DNA of 57,364 bases, counting the filler, from Dugesia japonica (Eukaryota), in the NCBI GenBank assembly GCA_001938525.1. It is 5 parts of 5 records of this genome, joined end to end, with 100 filler letters (N's around TTAATTAATTAA, not from the genome) between each part and the next. Parts side by side here need not be neighbours in the genome. Positions count along the whole stretch, not along the records: positions 20,821 to 30,526 come from MQRL01624337.1; positions 30,627 to 41,401 come from MQRL01460425.1; 3 more parts are not named here. One strand, written 5' to 3'. How positions within the stretch are numbered: position 1 is the stretch's first letter; each line of letters starts with the position of its first letter. The position numbers and the translations under genes were made by a program. The notes beneath the pieces were generated by a model, which was not told where the DNA came from, did not search any database, and saw nothing but the letters and a program-made list of their open reading frames with translations. Shown piece by piece: positions 22,400 to 36,800 of this stretch.

Positions 22400-25300
22400 C
22401 CTAAATTATTTTAAATGCATTTAAAATCAATTTTTCTGTTACATTTTCGTCGGAATTTCCAGCTTCTTGGCCTGATTGATAATAAATTTTTACCTGTGGT
22501 TCAATAATGATTACAATAATTAAATTAATAAACAATTTGTAAATTTGTATCAATATCGAAAAATAATTTGAAATCAAAGTCAATATTATCTGTATCATAA
22601 TAATCAGTTTTATGATTTCCTTGACAGAAGGATACTTGGTAGAGCAATTAATAATGGTATCAAAAGGAAATGAACATTAAGCAATTTTGAGCAGAAACTA
22701 AAAATTCTTTCGTAATCAAAATAAATTTTGAAGATTCCAGACGATCTAATATTTTGTCATAACAAATAGTTTAAGATAATTATTTTTTATAATTTTACAA
22801 TAATGAATGATTCCTTGATCGCATTGATGAATAAAGGGAGTAATATTAGGTTGCGAATTACAAATTCAATTAAATTTAAATTATTCTTTAAGAATAATTC
22901 ACCGACTAAAAAGAAATATTTAACGATATTTTCAGAGGCAATTTTCAAAAATGTTTGCTGCCATCAATGCTCTGTTATTTTTACAATTATAACTGCAATT
23001 ATTAAGTGTCTAGAAATTTTTGATTCTCCATTTCTCCACCCATATTTGTACAAAACTAATATTTTGTCCTTGACAGTTCAGAGCGAAATATTAAGTGCTA
23101 CAAGTTAGTTGAGTTTGGAAAACTCATNNNNNNNNNNNNNNNNNNNNNNNNNNNNNNNNNNNNNNNNNNNNNNNNNNNNNNNTATAACCAATAATTTTTG
23201 TTAATCAAACAAATTAAAATTCCGTGTTTTAATTGGTAATCTTTTTTCAAAAATTAAAAATTTAAACTTTTTATTTATTAAAAGTAATTTAATTTAATTC
23301 ACCTAAAAACATTTTATTTATTTACTTAATTTTCATTTAAAATCTATGAGAAAACTTTTAAAATTTTATTTATTTCACTTTAAAAAAACAGTTTATTTAT
23401 TTACTTATTTTTCATTTAAAAATTGAAACTTTTTATTTATTAAAAGTAATTTAATTCAATAATTTCAATTTATCCTTAAACCAAATAATTGTTTATTTAA
23501 ATTTTTCATCAATAATTTAAATGACTCTTTTAAACAAAAGATTTTAAAAAAAAAGATCACCAATCACACAAAAATTTCAACCTGCTTTTNNNNNNNNNNN
23601 NNNNNNNNNNNNNNNNNNNNNNNNNNNNNNNNNNNNNNNNNNNNNNNNNNNNNNNNNNTTCATCGATATCCAGAAATTTATTTGAAAGACTTCTCTATCT
23701 CACATTATTGGTTTGAAAAAGCTCTTAAAAACCTTATAACTCTGCTGATATAGAAAGCGTCAACATTAAAATTCTTTGCAATATCAACACTTTTTTCTTT
23801 ATTTGCTATGTTTCTTATTTTTGAAGATATAATATCTTTTGAATCTATGAAATTGATCTCTTTTATTCCCATTCCAAACACTTTCACTATATCGATACCA
23901 CCAATAAAATTTCGACAAATGTCTTTAACAATAAATATTTCTCTCTATATTTTCTTTTCATTCCAAAATAATTTAATTCCGGCTTTTTAAATGCATTTTT
24001 CACTTTTCTCAGAAAATACTCCAGCTAACAAAAAATTTGAAAAATTTATTTTTAGTGAACCAATCTTCTTCCAAATTTCTTCAATTATCACTGAGACAGA
24101 CGCTCCAGAATCCCATAACATCTCTACATTAATTCCATTACAATTTATACTGCTCCAATTTCTACAATCATGTTTTTGATACATCACTTTAGCATTAGGT
24201 TTTTCTCATTAAAATTCTTTAATGCAACCTCACTGACGAAATGGATGCAGCGGGTGGCTGGGCATTTTTTCATTATTTTCGAAAGTATTTATTGCATTAA
24301 TTTATTGCAATTAATGATTCATATTTATTTAAAGATTTTTCCTCCTCTTGTTCTGCTATACATAATATTCTTCGATTATTGTTTCCTCTTTGTAATAATG
24401 CACACTCTCTGAAAGCGTCGCCTTCTTTACCGCATATTAAACCCTATTTTTTTAAAGGACAGTTTATACTTCTATGGTTTATTTCTTCTATTACTCTTCT
24501 ACTCTTGGAGGCGCTTTACTATGACACCTATTATAAATTTTTGTTGCTACATATTTCAGAGAGTATTTTGGAAAATCTCTTTTTTGGTCTTCATGTACAG
24601 GGTGCACCAGCAAAATCCAGACAACGTTTGTTTTGATATCCGAATACATAAATTAATTAATCTAAATTTAATATAAATTTGATTAAATAAGCTTACCACT
24701 GTAGTATTTAAAATTGTATACAAAAACCAAAATAAATGCAGAATTCTGTCGAAAAGCGGCATTAATTGAAGGGCTACGTGCTGGAAGATCGCCCGCGGAA
24801 ATTATTAAGTTTTTTGGTTATCCCAGGACAACGGTATACGGCATTATCCAAAGGTATCGTGACTTGGAGAAGTCCAGAGAAGATACTAGTAGTCCGGGGA
24901 GAAATATTTGTTCAAAATAAGGAAGTCCAAAACCATGAAAGCATTCCAAAGAGCTGAAGAGCTAATTATGAACGATCCTGGGACATGACTTGGAGAATTG
25001 GCGACCATATTAGAAGTAAGTAAGTCCACCATGCGTCGAATTGCTGAAGAAGACCTTGGATACACATTCTACGTAACGAAGAAGCGGCAAATGCTGTCTG
25101 AGGCCACCAAGATCAAAAAAATTGCCCGATGTAAATTGCTATTGTCTTCATTAAAACATAAAGCTAGTGGACGTCTAAAGTTTTTTCCGACGAGAATATT
25201 TGTACCATAGATGCCAAGGTGAACAGAAGGAATGACTGGTGGCTTGTCCACAATCCAAAAGATGTTCCTGTAGTAGGTTGTACAAACTTTCCAACAAGTG

Positions 25301-26640
25301 TGCATGTTCTAAGCGTTGTTTCCAGTGAAGGTGATTTCATGCCATCATCTTTCTTTTCGAAAGGTGAAACCATTACAAAGGATTTCTATCTTCAAGTTTT
25401 AATATAGACAGTACATCCTTTTAACAGGATGTTGCACCAGCTAACACAAGCCTCTTAGTAAAAAAATGGTTATCAGAAAATTTGGATATGTTTTGGTCCA
25501 AGGAAATAGGGCCTCCAAATAGTTCAGATTTAAATCCTCTAGATTATTTTTACTGGGGCGTTTTTGAAAGGGTTGCTAATAAGTCTAGACATGCCCATGC
25601 TGCATCCTTACAAGTAGCTATTGAAGCAGCATTCTCAGATTTGAACAGGGAGCACCTAAAGAGAGCATGTTCACGCTTCCGAGAGCGAATAGAGGCTGTA
25701 ATAGCTGCAAAAGGTAGCTACATTGAATGAGAATATATTAAACGATCTGTTTAATTAACATATAACCTTATTTGTTATTACTTGTTGCATCTTCTTAATA
25801 AATTTTTTGTTAGAATAATTACATTGTTTTGTCTAGATTTTGCTGGTGCACCCTGTAGATCTCTTAATTGGTGATTATTATTACTATTCCTTGAATCATT
25901 TGGCTGTTTTTAGAAATAGTAGAATATCTGCGAGTATTTTCTTTTTGATGAAAATACTGTTATTTATAATCACTTCCCATTTTATTATATTTTGGTTCAA
26001 AACCTGATTTCTTAACTACACTTGCATAAGTTTCATTGACATAATTTACATTACTTTTGCTACAAAATTATCAAGGTTTTTAGCCAACTCTTGAGATTTT
26101 TCGTCATTTAACTCTGACTGGAGTGCAAAAGATTCTTTTAACTTTTCGCTTTTTAATTTATTCAGGATAAACACTCTTGATATTTTTTTTGATGATCTTT
26201 TGCTTTCAAATACATCGTGTACAAGTTTTTTTTACTCTTATCTCGATATTCCGATATATCAATTCTATGTTTAATTGATGATAGGTCCATAATTTTTAAA
26301 CAATCGATTTATCATTAATAAATATTGATCGAAACCAACTTTCACACTTTTTATTCGAAATTAAGTATTCGCTTGTGTTGGCTTTTTAGCACAACTCCTT
26401 GGCATTGCCTTGTAATAGCATATCGAATGCAAAGGAAATTGCCATTTGATTAAACCTGGAAAATTTCTTGATAGTTTGCATCCAATCTTCTGCAGCATCT
26501 GAAGAACTGTCAAAAAATGCCGGTTTCGGAATCAGCATTTACTGATTAGCTTGTAGAAGATTTTAAAAATCTTTTGTCACTATTCTTTCCTTTGCCTAGT
26601 AATGGCACTAATTTTTACATAGTTGCCAATTAGATTTCAT
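22400..26640 (-). mobile_element. Highly decayed Gypsy LTR retrotransposon remnant (gag, knuckle, protease), interrupted by a maT transposon
   Basis: Protease INCNGINVEMLWDSGASVSVI (23987-24187); knuckle LICGKEGDAFREC near 24400; gag-like PKPAFFDSS..EDWM near 26500; boundaries approximate. Confidence 0.6.
24598..25855 (+). mobile_element. Tc1/mariner DD37D (maT) transposon, both ends present, inactive
   Basis: 27-bp TIRs CAGGGTGCACCAGCAAAATCYAGACAA (1 mismatch), TA on both sides; FSDE, QDVAPANT..PPNSSDLNPLDY with 37 residues between D2 and D3; frameshifts. Confidence 0.95.
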
Positions 26641-28367
26641 ATTTCAGAATAAGACATGTGAGGCATGCATACCTCAGAATTTCCTAAATTTTCATTTAAC
26701 ATAATAAAGAAAATTATTTATAAAAGATTTATTAAGTTCAGTTAAATGTACAAGGTTTCAAAAATATTTTACCAGATAAAATTTACAATTTAATAAGATT
26801 TAATACAATTACAAAGCAATTACAAAAATTAGCAAATTACAAGATTATGAATTACAAGAATTCCTTACTATCGATCTTCAATTTTTTCTTAATTCCACTA
26901 CAAATTACTATTCAAAATTAACTGTTTTTTATATCTTTTTGGAAAATTAAAACATCAAAATTTTGACTTCTCATATTTTCCTTACAAGATATAACAACTA
27001 TAAAAGTATATTAAAATTAAATAAATCAATAATATTTAAACAAATGTTTAAATTAACTCTAACAATTATAAGTTGAGATGGTGAAGATTTTGAATATCAA
27101 AATAAAATAAATAAATAAAATAAAATAAAAGATCGCTATATTATATTAAAAAAAACCAATATTAAAAATATTTAAAAATTTTCTTAATTGAAATCAATAA
27201 AATGAAATTTTTTAATTTTGAATTTTCAAAAAAATATTAGTAATTTTTTATAATTTTGGTTTATATATTGAAAGAAAATCAAAACCTATAAATATGAATT
27301 TATATTTTAACCATTTAATTGATTGTATTAAGACTGTCATATGGTGAAATATTGAATATTGGAAAAATCAATATTACCAATAGACAGTATTAACCGCCTA
27401 AAGTTAACAAATTAGATTACAATCTTAGAAATTTAACTAAGTCGAATCCTATTAAAATTAACAAACCAGAATTCAGCAGCATCTTGCGGCATGTATGTTG
27501 TAAAATGAAATATCATTGCAGAAGCCGTTAGTAACGCACATATAATGAAAAAAATTGCGTTCAATTTATTAAAAAAAACGATTACGTTCAAGATGATTTA
27601 TTAACATTTAAATCTAACGTGATTGTAAGATAGTATAATTTCAAGGTTATTCCGTTGTTTTATTTCACAATATTTCTTTAATATTTCGTACGTACGAACT
27701 TGTAACAATGAATATTTTTATAACACAATAAACAATCAATTTTATTTAAAAAACGCAACCAACTTTTTTAGCCATAACTAATATCCGTAATCCCATTCTC
27801 GCATAAGCATCGAGATAATCTTTGGTATTTTCTTGATCAATTTCTAAATAGAGTTTACCTTAGTTTCTCATATAATATAATATTTATATATATTCCCAAT
27901 AACTATTATCATCATAAATATGATAAATAAATAAAGAATTTGAAAATTTCATTAAATATTTACTGAAGAAAAGATTTAGAAAATTTATTTATTTATTTAT
28001 TTTTTTAAAAAATATATTTTCAATAAATAAAAAAACAGTTAATTTGATCACAAATTGTTGATAAGATAAACAATTGTAAAAAGTTGAAAATAAATAACAT
28101 TCAAAATTAATTTGAAAAATGGAACACGTTTAAATAAGGTTAAAAATAATAAGAAACAACACAATTTGGAGGTTTTGTGTTGAAGAATTGCATTGAATAA
28201 TTTGTAAATATTAAATACTCATAAAATAAAAATCATGTGTGATCATTAAACAATTTTTGGTCGGATGTGTTACAAAAATAATTTGAACAGTTGAGATTTA
28301 TTAGTGTAAGAAATTTGTATTGTTTGTCTGACGTTTACAAGTAAAACTTGAAAATTTTTCGTATTAA

Positions 28368-28368
28368 C

Positions 28369-28420
<52 letters not shown>
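28368..28420. repeat. (TTA)n microsatellite
   Basis: About 17 tandem TTA/TAT; another run at 30458-30526. Confidence 0.95.
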
Positions 28421-28421
<1 letters not shown>

Positions 28422-28579
28422 TGAAAGTGTATAATATTATTTGTGATAATAATATCACTTATTGTGATCATGTTTGTCAACTTATAATTGATCCAATCAA
28501 ACGGCGATTCTAAAAACCGAAAATTGGCAATATTAAATCCGTAAGGCGGACAATGAACGGTTATTTTGAATTTGATTCT

Positions 28580-30200
28580 AAGGTCGTGCACAATAGGAAA
28601 TTTTAAGAAAAAAGATAAATTTTATGTTTTTTATGGTTTATCATATTTATTGTTATTTTTATGCATTTATTATAAAATGTTTGAAAATTTTAAATGATTA
28701 TTAATGTTATACTGTAATAGTATTAATTCTTTTATATCTAGATTAAATTAAGGATGCTAAATTAACATGAAAGAGTTTTAAATGAAAGAGTTTAATTAGT
28801 TCTAATGAGTGGCCGGCCAGGTTCTTCCAATCAATCAATAGCTGTTGATTTTAATTTAAAATACCCACAGAAGAACACAATTAACTAGACAATTGTTGGA
28901 AGGCCAATAAAACGTTTCATTGAAACATGAAGTGTAGGATATAAGTCTTGAACAGGTTGCCCACAAGTACAAACTGTTGAAGCGAATGCGACAATGGCTT
29001 AAGATAAAGTCTCAATGACTCCAAAGAGTTCTTTACGAAAGCTTGCTCAGGAGACAGGTATTAACAGGAGGTCTATCCAACAAATTTTTAAACAACATCA
29101 TTTTCATTTTACAAACTGCACGTCGTTAAAAAATTGAATGGTGATTGTAGTATGAAATGCTGTCAATGGTTTTTTAAACAGCGAAATTTCATCTCTAACA
29201 TTTTCTTCAGTGATAAAGCGGGATTTCACTTCACTGGTTATGCCAATTATTAGTGTGACGTAGACTCTAATTGGATAAAAGTAACTCATTTGCAACATGA
29301 TCCTAAAGTAATGGTATAGGCCGCCTTATGGGGTGAACAGCTTATCGGTACATACTTTTTTTGAAGTTAATGTCACTGGAGAAAGTTACTTGCATATGTT
29401 ACGATCATTCTTAATGCCTATTTATAACAGGTGTCAATTGCATAAACGAGCAAATATTTGGTTCATGTACAATGGTGCATCACCATATTTTACTTTAATC
29501 ATTCGAATTTTTTTGAATGTTTCATTTCCAAACAAGTATATAGGTCGCATGGTCCTGTCGAATGGCCACCTAGATGTCCAGTACTTACGCCTCTCAACTT
29601 CTTTATTTGTGGCCACCTGAAGTCTATTGCATATACAGACCGCCCTATAAACGTCTTAGATTTGAAAGAAATTATGATCAATGTTCAGATGTTGCAAAAT
29701 GTTCAGAATTTTTGTGTACACTGAATTCAAAAAAAGTAGTGTAAAGGTTCAAGGTCATAAGTTTAAAAATCTTTTGTAATAAACTTTTATTTAAGTACAC
29801 GACTTTTCCTTTCATTTTTTGTTAATTTAACTTCCATAAATTTATTTTGGATACAACAAAATTAATATTATTACAGTATAATATTAATAATAAATTAAAT
29901 TTTTCATGTATTTTATAATACATGCATACAAAGATCTATTGTATTGAATATCTCAAGAAGCCAACATGTTCCTGAAGAAGATTATTGTCAAAAATTTGAA
30001 CCTTTTTACAAATAAATTTTATTTTGATCGAAGCCTTTTCTTATTTTAATGAAATCTCAAATGCAATCAATGGTTAAGTCCAACAATTATTCTCACAATA
30101 ATTGTAATTATAACATGCATAAAAATAATGATAAATATGATAAACCATCAAAAAACATAAAATTTAACTTTTCTTAAAATTTCCTATGGTGTGCGACTTT
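28580..30200. mobile_element. MITE-like fold-back element with nested insertions
   Basis: 28580-28670 is an imperfect inverted repeat of 30112-30200. Confidence 0.6.
28712..29876 (+). mobile_element. Tc1/mariner rosa (DD41D-like) transposon, decayed
   Basis: TIRs CTGTAATARTATTAATT flanked by TA; WFMYNGASPY..FPNKYIGR / GPVEWPPRCPVLTPLNFFICGHLKSIAY. Confidence 0.85.
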
Positions 30201-30471
30201 TGAGCCAAATCCTATATTAAAGCAGCCGATTCTAATAACCAATTATCACAATAACTGGCTCTTACTGTAATCATATGTTGTCATTTTTAGTATTATGTAT
30301 TATTTGATAAGATTGTCATATAAGCGCAATAGTAAGACCAGTGGTTCCAAAATTTATTTTGGTTAGAAAAGTCCCTAGTATATCAAAGCTTTTCAACGGT
30401 GCACTACATCAAAATATGGGTTTATTAATTTGCATGTTTTTAAGTTGAGTTATTTAATATTATTATTATTA

Positions 30472-30526
<55 letters not shown>

Positions 30527-30626
30527 NNNNNNNNNNNNNNNNNNNNNNNNNNNNNNNNNNNNNNNNNNNNTTAATTAATTAANNNNNNNNNNNNNNNNNN
30601 NNNNNNNNNNNNNNNNNNNNNNNNNN
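30527..30626. other. Artificial scaffold-joining linker
   Basis: N run + TTAATTAATTAA (30571-30582) + N run. Confidence 0.95.
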
Positions 30627-30850
30627 ATTATAGTAAGTAGTATTGTTAAACAAATAAATTAATTTGAATTATCTAAATTACCACTGACTAGTAAAATAAA
30701 TGATAAAAATAGAAAAAGACGAGCTAACAAAATAAGGCATTATTCTTATCCATAATATATCAAAATATTTACAGAAAATGATGAGCAAATCACGCTGATA
30801 CAAACAATACAATCTCGCAATACCAATAAAATTTTTTGTCAATAACATTT

Positions 30851-33800
30851 TCATTTTCCAATCTGATTCCGTAATTGATGCAAATTTTTCTCCAATCTAC
30901 GCAAACGACTTTGGTCTGCTCGCATGTGAAATTTAAGAGATCGAATCTCATTGCGCAATGATTGAAATGAATGACGCAAAGATTTCATTTTACCTCTAGA
31001 AACATGTTTATCCCTAGACTGAGAATCTGTGGTTGATTTATTAACTTGATCATGGTTTTCAGACAGGGTATTCGATTGACAATTTATTTGGACTGTGTGA
31101 AGAACTGATGACGAATTTTGAGTAGGAAGAGCTGGAGGGATCCAGTTATACATACTTAAATTGGATGCAGGTGGGTTTATATCTGTAGATATCGATGATA
31201 TTGTTGTGGGATCAACGCTGCCTCCACCATTTGTCAAATGAGAAGAGACTGTAGTCATGGTTGAATTGGAACCGGTACACATGCCATTATTGGGTTGTTC
31301 TTCATATTGCGCTTTATTAAAGATCGGTGGTTGATTAATTATGAGTCGACTGATATCATTTGTGTTGACCATATTCGCCGTTCCAACAACACCAGGTTTA
31401 ATATTGTTGATAATTTGTGAAGGTTTTTGATTTACTGGAGGAAACGGGTCGATTTTTATTTTATGTTTTGTAATAGGCTTTTTATAATTCGAGCTGTCTT
31501 TGCGCATATAATCTGCACGAACTGCGCGTTCTGCAGCTTCAATATGTTTCCTAACGTAATCTTCTGTGCTGAGTTTTGGCTTTGATTGACAAACAGAGCT
31601 GGTAACAGCAGTAGGAGATGTGGTTACAATTCTTGATTGTGTAACTACAGTCGAAGGTAATTGTGTAATTTGTGTCAAACAAGGGGCTGCTGCTGGTGGT
31701 AGTGGTGGAATTTGAGTGAGATTTATTGGGATGACATGATTGCAATTTTGAGGAACTGAAATACAATTTAAATTTCCGACTTCAGTTGATGGTCGTGATA
31801 CCATCAACTGTTGAGTGGCCAGCAAACCAAGCAAATCAATACCAGTCGGTCGCTTTGTGTCTTGCACAGTTGTATTGACAACATTCAATCCATTGAGACC
31901 AAGATTGGCCACCGCTAGCGATTTGGAGAGGGTTAACAACAAATTAGAATCAAGATGTGCTGGAATGTTGATTAAGGGAGATGAGGATGTTGTTATTGAG
32001 ACATGTTGAGGAACGCTTGGAGTAATCACATTAGTGACAGCATTAATAAAAGACTGATTACACTGTACAGGTGGTGACACACATTCTAATTTAAGATTGG
32101 ACGGTTTCTCAGTTCGTTGCTCCCGAAATTTTACCATAAGTGCCAATTCTTCTTCGGTAAAATCATCCTCCTGGGGTAAGACTGGCGGTATTTCCATTGA
32201 ATTTATACTTCGATTACTACGTTTATCATTGTCGACAGAGATCGCTTCAGAGTCCAGCTGACATCGCTTGGTGTTGACTTCATCCTCAGACTCCTGTAGA
32301 ATATTCTAATGGTACAACATGAATACTGCATTAAAATAACTAATATATGAGCAACTAAACGAAACTAAATGACAATCATAAATTAAAATTTATTTTAAAA
32401 AATTCAAATTATTTTGAATCGTTAAGAAAATTGTGCTACCTTAATCGATTCTACCATAGGGCCATTAATGAGCTAATTAAAACTAGAAATAAAATATAAT
32501 AAAGACTGACATCGTCTTTTTATTTTCAATCAATAATTAATTTAAAAATTTCTCAATATATTCTTATTAATAAGCACACTTAAACTCTTAATTATTTTGA
32601 ATAATATAGAGATCTAAATTAAATAATAATATTGTCAGGAGAGCAACTAGACTTTAATATTATCCATGCAAATTTCACTTAACTACTTAAAAATTTTAGT
32701 AAATTTAAACATAAATAGAGATTTCCACCAGTTTTGTGAAAAATTTATAGAAAATCATTAGTTTTACTTAATTTAAACAAAAATGAGTTTCCGAGGATCG
32801 TGTAATAGTTCTGTATTCATTATATAATATTATATTTATGACGTCATTGACATAGATAATGCGATCAACTATAAATTTATATATCCATTGACGTGCATAA
32901 CGCACTCGGCTAAACCCAATCTGATTAACAGAGGAGTTTAGTACAGAGCTTATATCTATTTACTACTATCAATGAAGGATACAAGTAATTATAAAGATCG
33001 TTATACTAGTATAATTATTATTTATTCTTACATTTTTTACATGTCGAAACCTATGATATTTTCAATTAAAATTAATTATTCAAACTGTCGTTAAGAATTT
33101 AAACAAACGAATCTTGAATTTTAATAGTTAATTAATAATTTGTAATAATCAATAAAAATAATTGTTAAAATTGTGATTATATTACAGTAAAAGTTGTTTA
33201 ACTGAAATAGCAACATATTTTTATTATACGCCGTTAACCAAAAATGAAATGAACAAAACATTTAATCGAGGACTTTTACTGCATATTGTATTGTATATTT
33301 GTCTGTATTAACGGAAATGAAAATCGCCGAATCAGTCAAAAATTTGAACACTGAACAAAGAAACTATATAGATACATTTCCACAGCATTGCAAAAAGTAG
33401 TGATCGCTGATGCCAGCCGGAATATTACATGGGGATAAAGTGTGTAAAATAATTTCTACAATCTGAGATTAAAATTAGAATGATTGTTAAATAATTCACA
33501 ATAATGTCATTGATTTAGTAGTAAATATTCCAAGAATTTTGCCTCGTTTCGATTGTTTGAAAATGCACGTGTTGACATTATTCAATGAAAAGTTTTAATA
33601 GATAATTTGCATATTAAATTTACACCGAATATAGATAAGTTATATATTCAACAATAATCCCAAATATTTTCACTCATTTAATTTTCAATTTCCCATGACA
33701 TAGCTATCGAATTTTCTTTTATAATAGTGATTTTGTAGTTGTATGATTAATTATTAATGAATTATAATGATTGAAATATATTGAATGGAAATGGAATACA

Positions 33801-36800
33801 AATTTATTAAATTTCTCAGAAAAATGTGCTCACATTAAAACAAGAAAAAATCTTTTAGGACGGAAAAATTTTGAATAAGAAAATTAATAATTTCGCAGGC
33901 AACTGATAATTGAATCGATATAAAATTTGGTAATAAATGAAAATAAATTATTACGAAACTAAATTTTATCTGAAATTGTAAAAGGTGATATTAATTTTCA
34001 AATATAATTTTCATACATAAGAAATATTATAAAATGTTCTTATAAAATTAAATAAAACATCAATGTAAACATATCGATTTAATTCAGTTCACATGGAAAA
34101 TTACGTCATTCAACAACAACCAATGATGATGATCTATCTATCTGTCAATTCAAACTAATCGATAGCAAATCACCATCAGCATAATTGAGCCAGTTATAAA
34201 TGATTAAAATACTTCTATAGCCTACTGACTAATATAAGTAAAAAAATAATGAAAAAAATTGCAATAAATCAAAAGTGACAATACTAACATTACTAGACAC
34301 ATCTTCATAGATATCATTTGTTTTCAATGAACTTTTCTTCCTTTTTCTATTGATATTTCTCGGTGAATTTTCCGACATGACTGATAGTGATTCGCTTGTG
34401 TGAGAAGATGCATAAATCCTAAATGCAAACAAAATTCATTATGCAAACGCTTATTTTCTCCGATTACTCACTTGGTATCATCCTTATTATTGTGTTGTGT
34501 GTGCTCCTCATTGTTATAACACATGCGGCAACGACACAGACTTGAGCAAAATACTTTGTTCTGTTGAAAGAAAATATCGAAATCAATAATAATAATATTA
34601 ATAATTATGATTTACAAAATCTAACCTCAAAACATTCACAATAGTTCTTCAAACATGATGATTTCAAACAATTGCATCCTTTACTGTGTTTCTTGCCGAC
34701 ATCTTTATTTTCTGAACATTGTTAAATACTCAATAAAATTACACTTTCATAATTGATCAATAATGAATATCTAATTTGATATAATTTGCACAATTTATCG
34801 ATCATTAGTAAAACATTGATTTTTGTGTTCAATGTGGTATCACTAGTAATTTTTAATCGGTATTTATGTATTGACATCATAACTCATTAGAAATAGTTTT
34901 ATTTTTACTTTATTTCTCAATTGGTAATTAATTATAACAATGGATAGAAATCAAAATATTTAAAATCAAAACTAATACTATTCTTAGAAATTATGTAAAT
35001 CCTTGTAGTATAGAAATAAAGCAATCCCGAGTATGAAGTATTCATCAACCAATAGTACTAATATTCTCACATTATGTTGCTCATCATCTAATTTTGTGCC
35101 CACGCAAGCAATGTGGGCGCCGATCTACATAATTGAAATATGTTAGGATATATCGATGCAGGGGAACAGGTTTTGTACGACTAATAATTATATTTATGAA
35201 ATGAAAATAGTTGATATTGATATAATTTGTTTGTGCAAGGTTATTTATAATATATATAGAAAATATTAAACAAAAATTAATTATCATTGAAATGGTAAGC
35301 TTTGTATACTATGATAGAATAATCATTTAACAGAAATAATCAATATTGTTAGTCGATATACAAAGTTTGACCCTGACATAAAATCGTGACCGTGACATCA
35401 TCATATCGATGGATGTGAAACAGCAGTAAAGTTGTGTAATATATGCACAGCAAACTGCATCCATCGTTTAATCGTACATAAATATCACCATGATTATGTA
35501 ATATTACAATATCAAAATGCAAACCTATTTTCGAATTGAACACCCATGGATCTCTCTCCAAATAGGAACTAACAATTTTTGCTCTCTCTTCTTTGTGATT
35601 ATCATTATTACGACAATTGATACATGTACATCCCGAACAGCACAGATTACCATTAGCGAAACACTCACAGTACAATTTTAAACAACTCGACTTTGTACAT
35701 GTACAGCTTCTCGATGTTGTTTCTTCACTTGGAGTTCCCGTTCGATCGGGTGGTGTTTGTGATTTACTTATTGAATTTTTTATATGAGTAACATTGATAT
35801 TCGTATCAAGATTCGGTTCATTCGGTTGGCTAATTGACTCTTTTTTTAATGGTTCCTTCTTTGACGGATCTGAAATGAAGAAATTATTTAATCATATAGT
35901 GTTGCTATGGGATCGTTATAAATGTTGTGCTATACGTTTTGATAATCAATAAATTATTGTTTCTATTGTTCTTCAATCAAATTGTTGTCACAACCATAAT
36001 GAAATGCAATTTAAAAAGCGCATACATACATAAAGCAATAGATTCTAATGTACTGACACACAAGATCATACAACGATTTTAATTCATAAAATCTGACGAT
36101 GAGAATACTAGATAAATGTCTATTACATAACCGCCATATATTGTGTCATTAGAACTGCGATTATCATTAATAAGCAATGCGACATGAGTCTAATGAATAT
36201 GCTTAATGTTTTCTAATCGTCTAATCACAGCGAGACATATTTAATACTGACTAATTTATATACAAATATTGATTAATTATATTGATTATATTATGAATTT
36301 GACTTCAAGCATTTATTGATTTATTAATTCACGTGAAACAAAAATAATTTACCTATCTCATTGACTTTTTCTTTTTTCACTGATTGATCGTCGAGTTTAT
36401 TATAGGTTTGTGATAGATTAAGTGGACCTGCAGGCATAGAGACATTGACTGATAACGATGATTTTGTTAAATCCGAATTATTATTGTTGTTATTGTTAGC
36501 CATATTAACGCGCGCAATCGAACTTAGTAAATAATTCAAAAGATTACTCTTGATGGAAACTGAATTGTCTGGTACCAATTGTATTGTTGATTGAGTATTG
36601 AGATTCTGTGGGATGTTGTGTTGATTTGTATGGCAGGGGATAGATGACTCTTTGTATATTGGTATTTTCCCAGGATCGGTCGAAATTGATTTTTCCAATG
36701 AATTTGTAATGACAATATTCCTCTGTTCTATTCCATTGATTTCCGAATTGGAATTGATTTTAGCTGGTATCAGTTTTTGTTGTCTATTTTTATTGAAATC

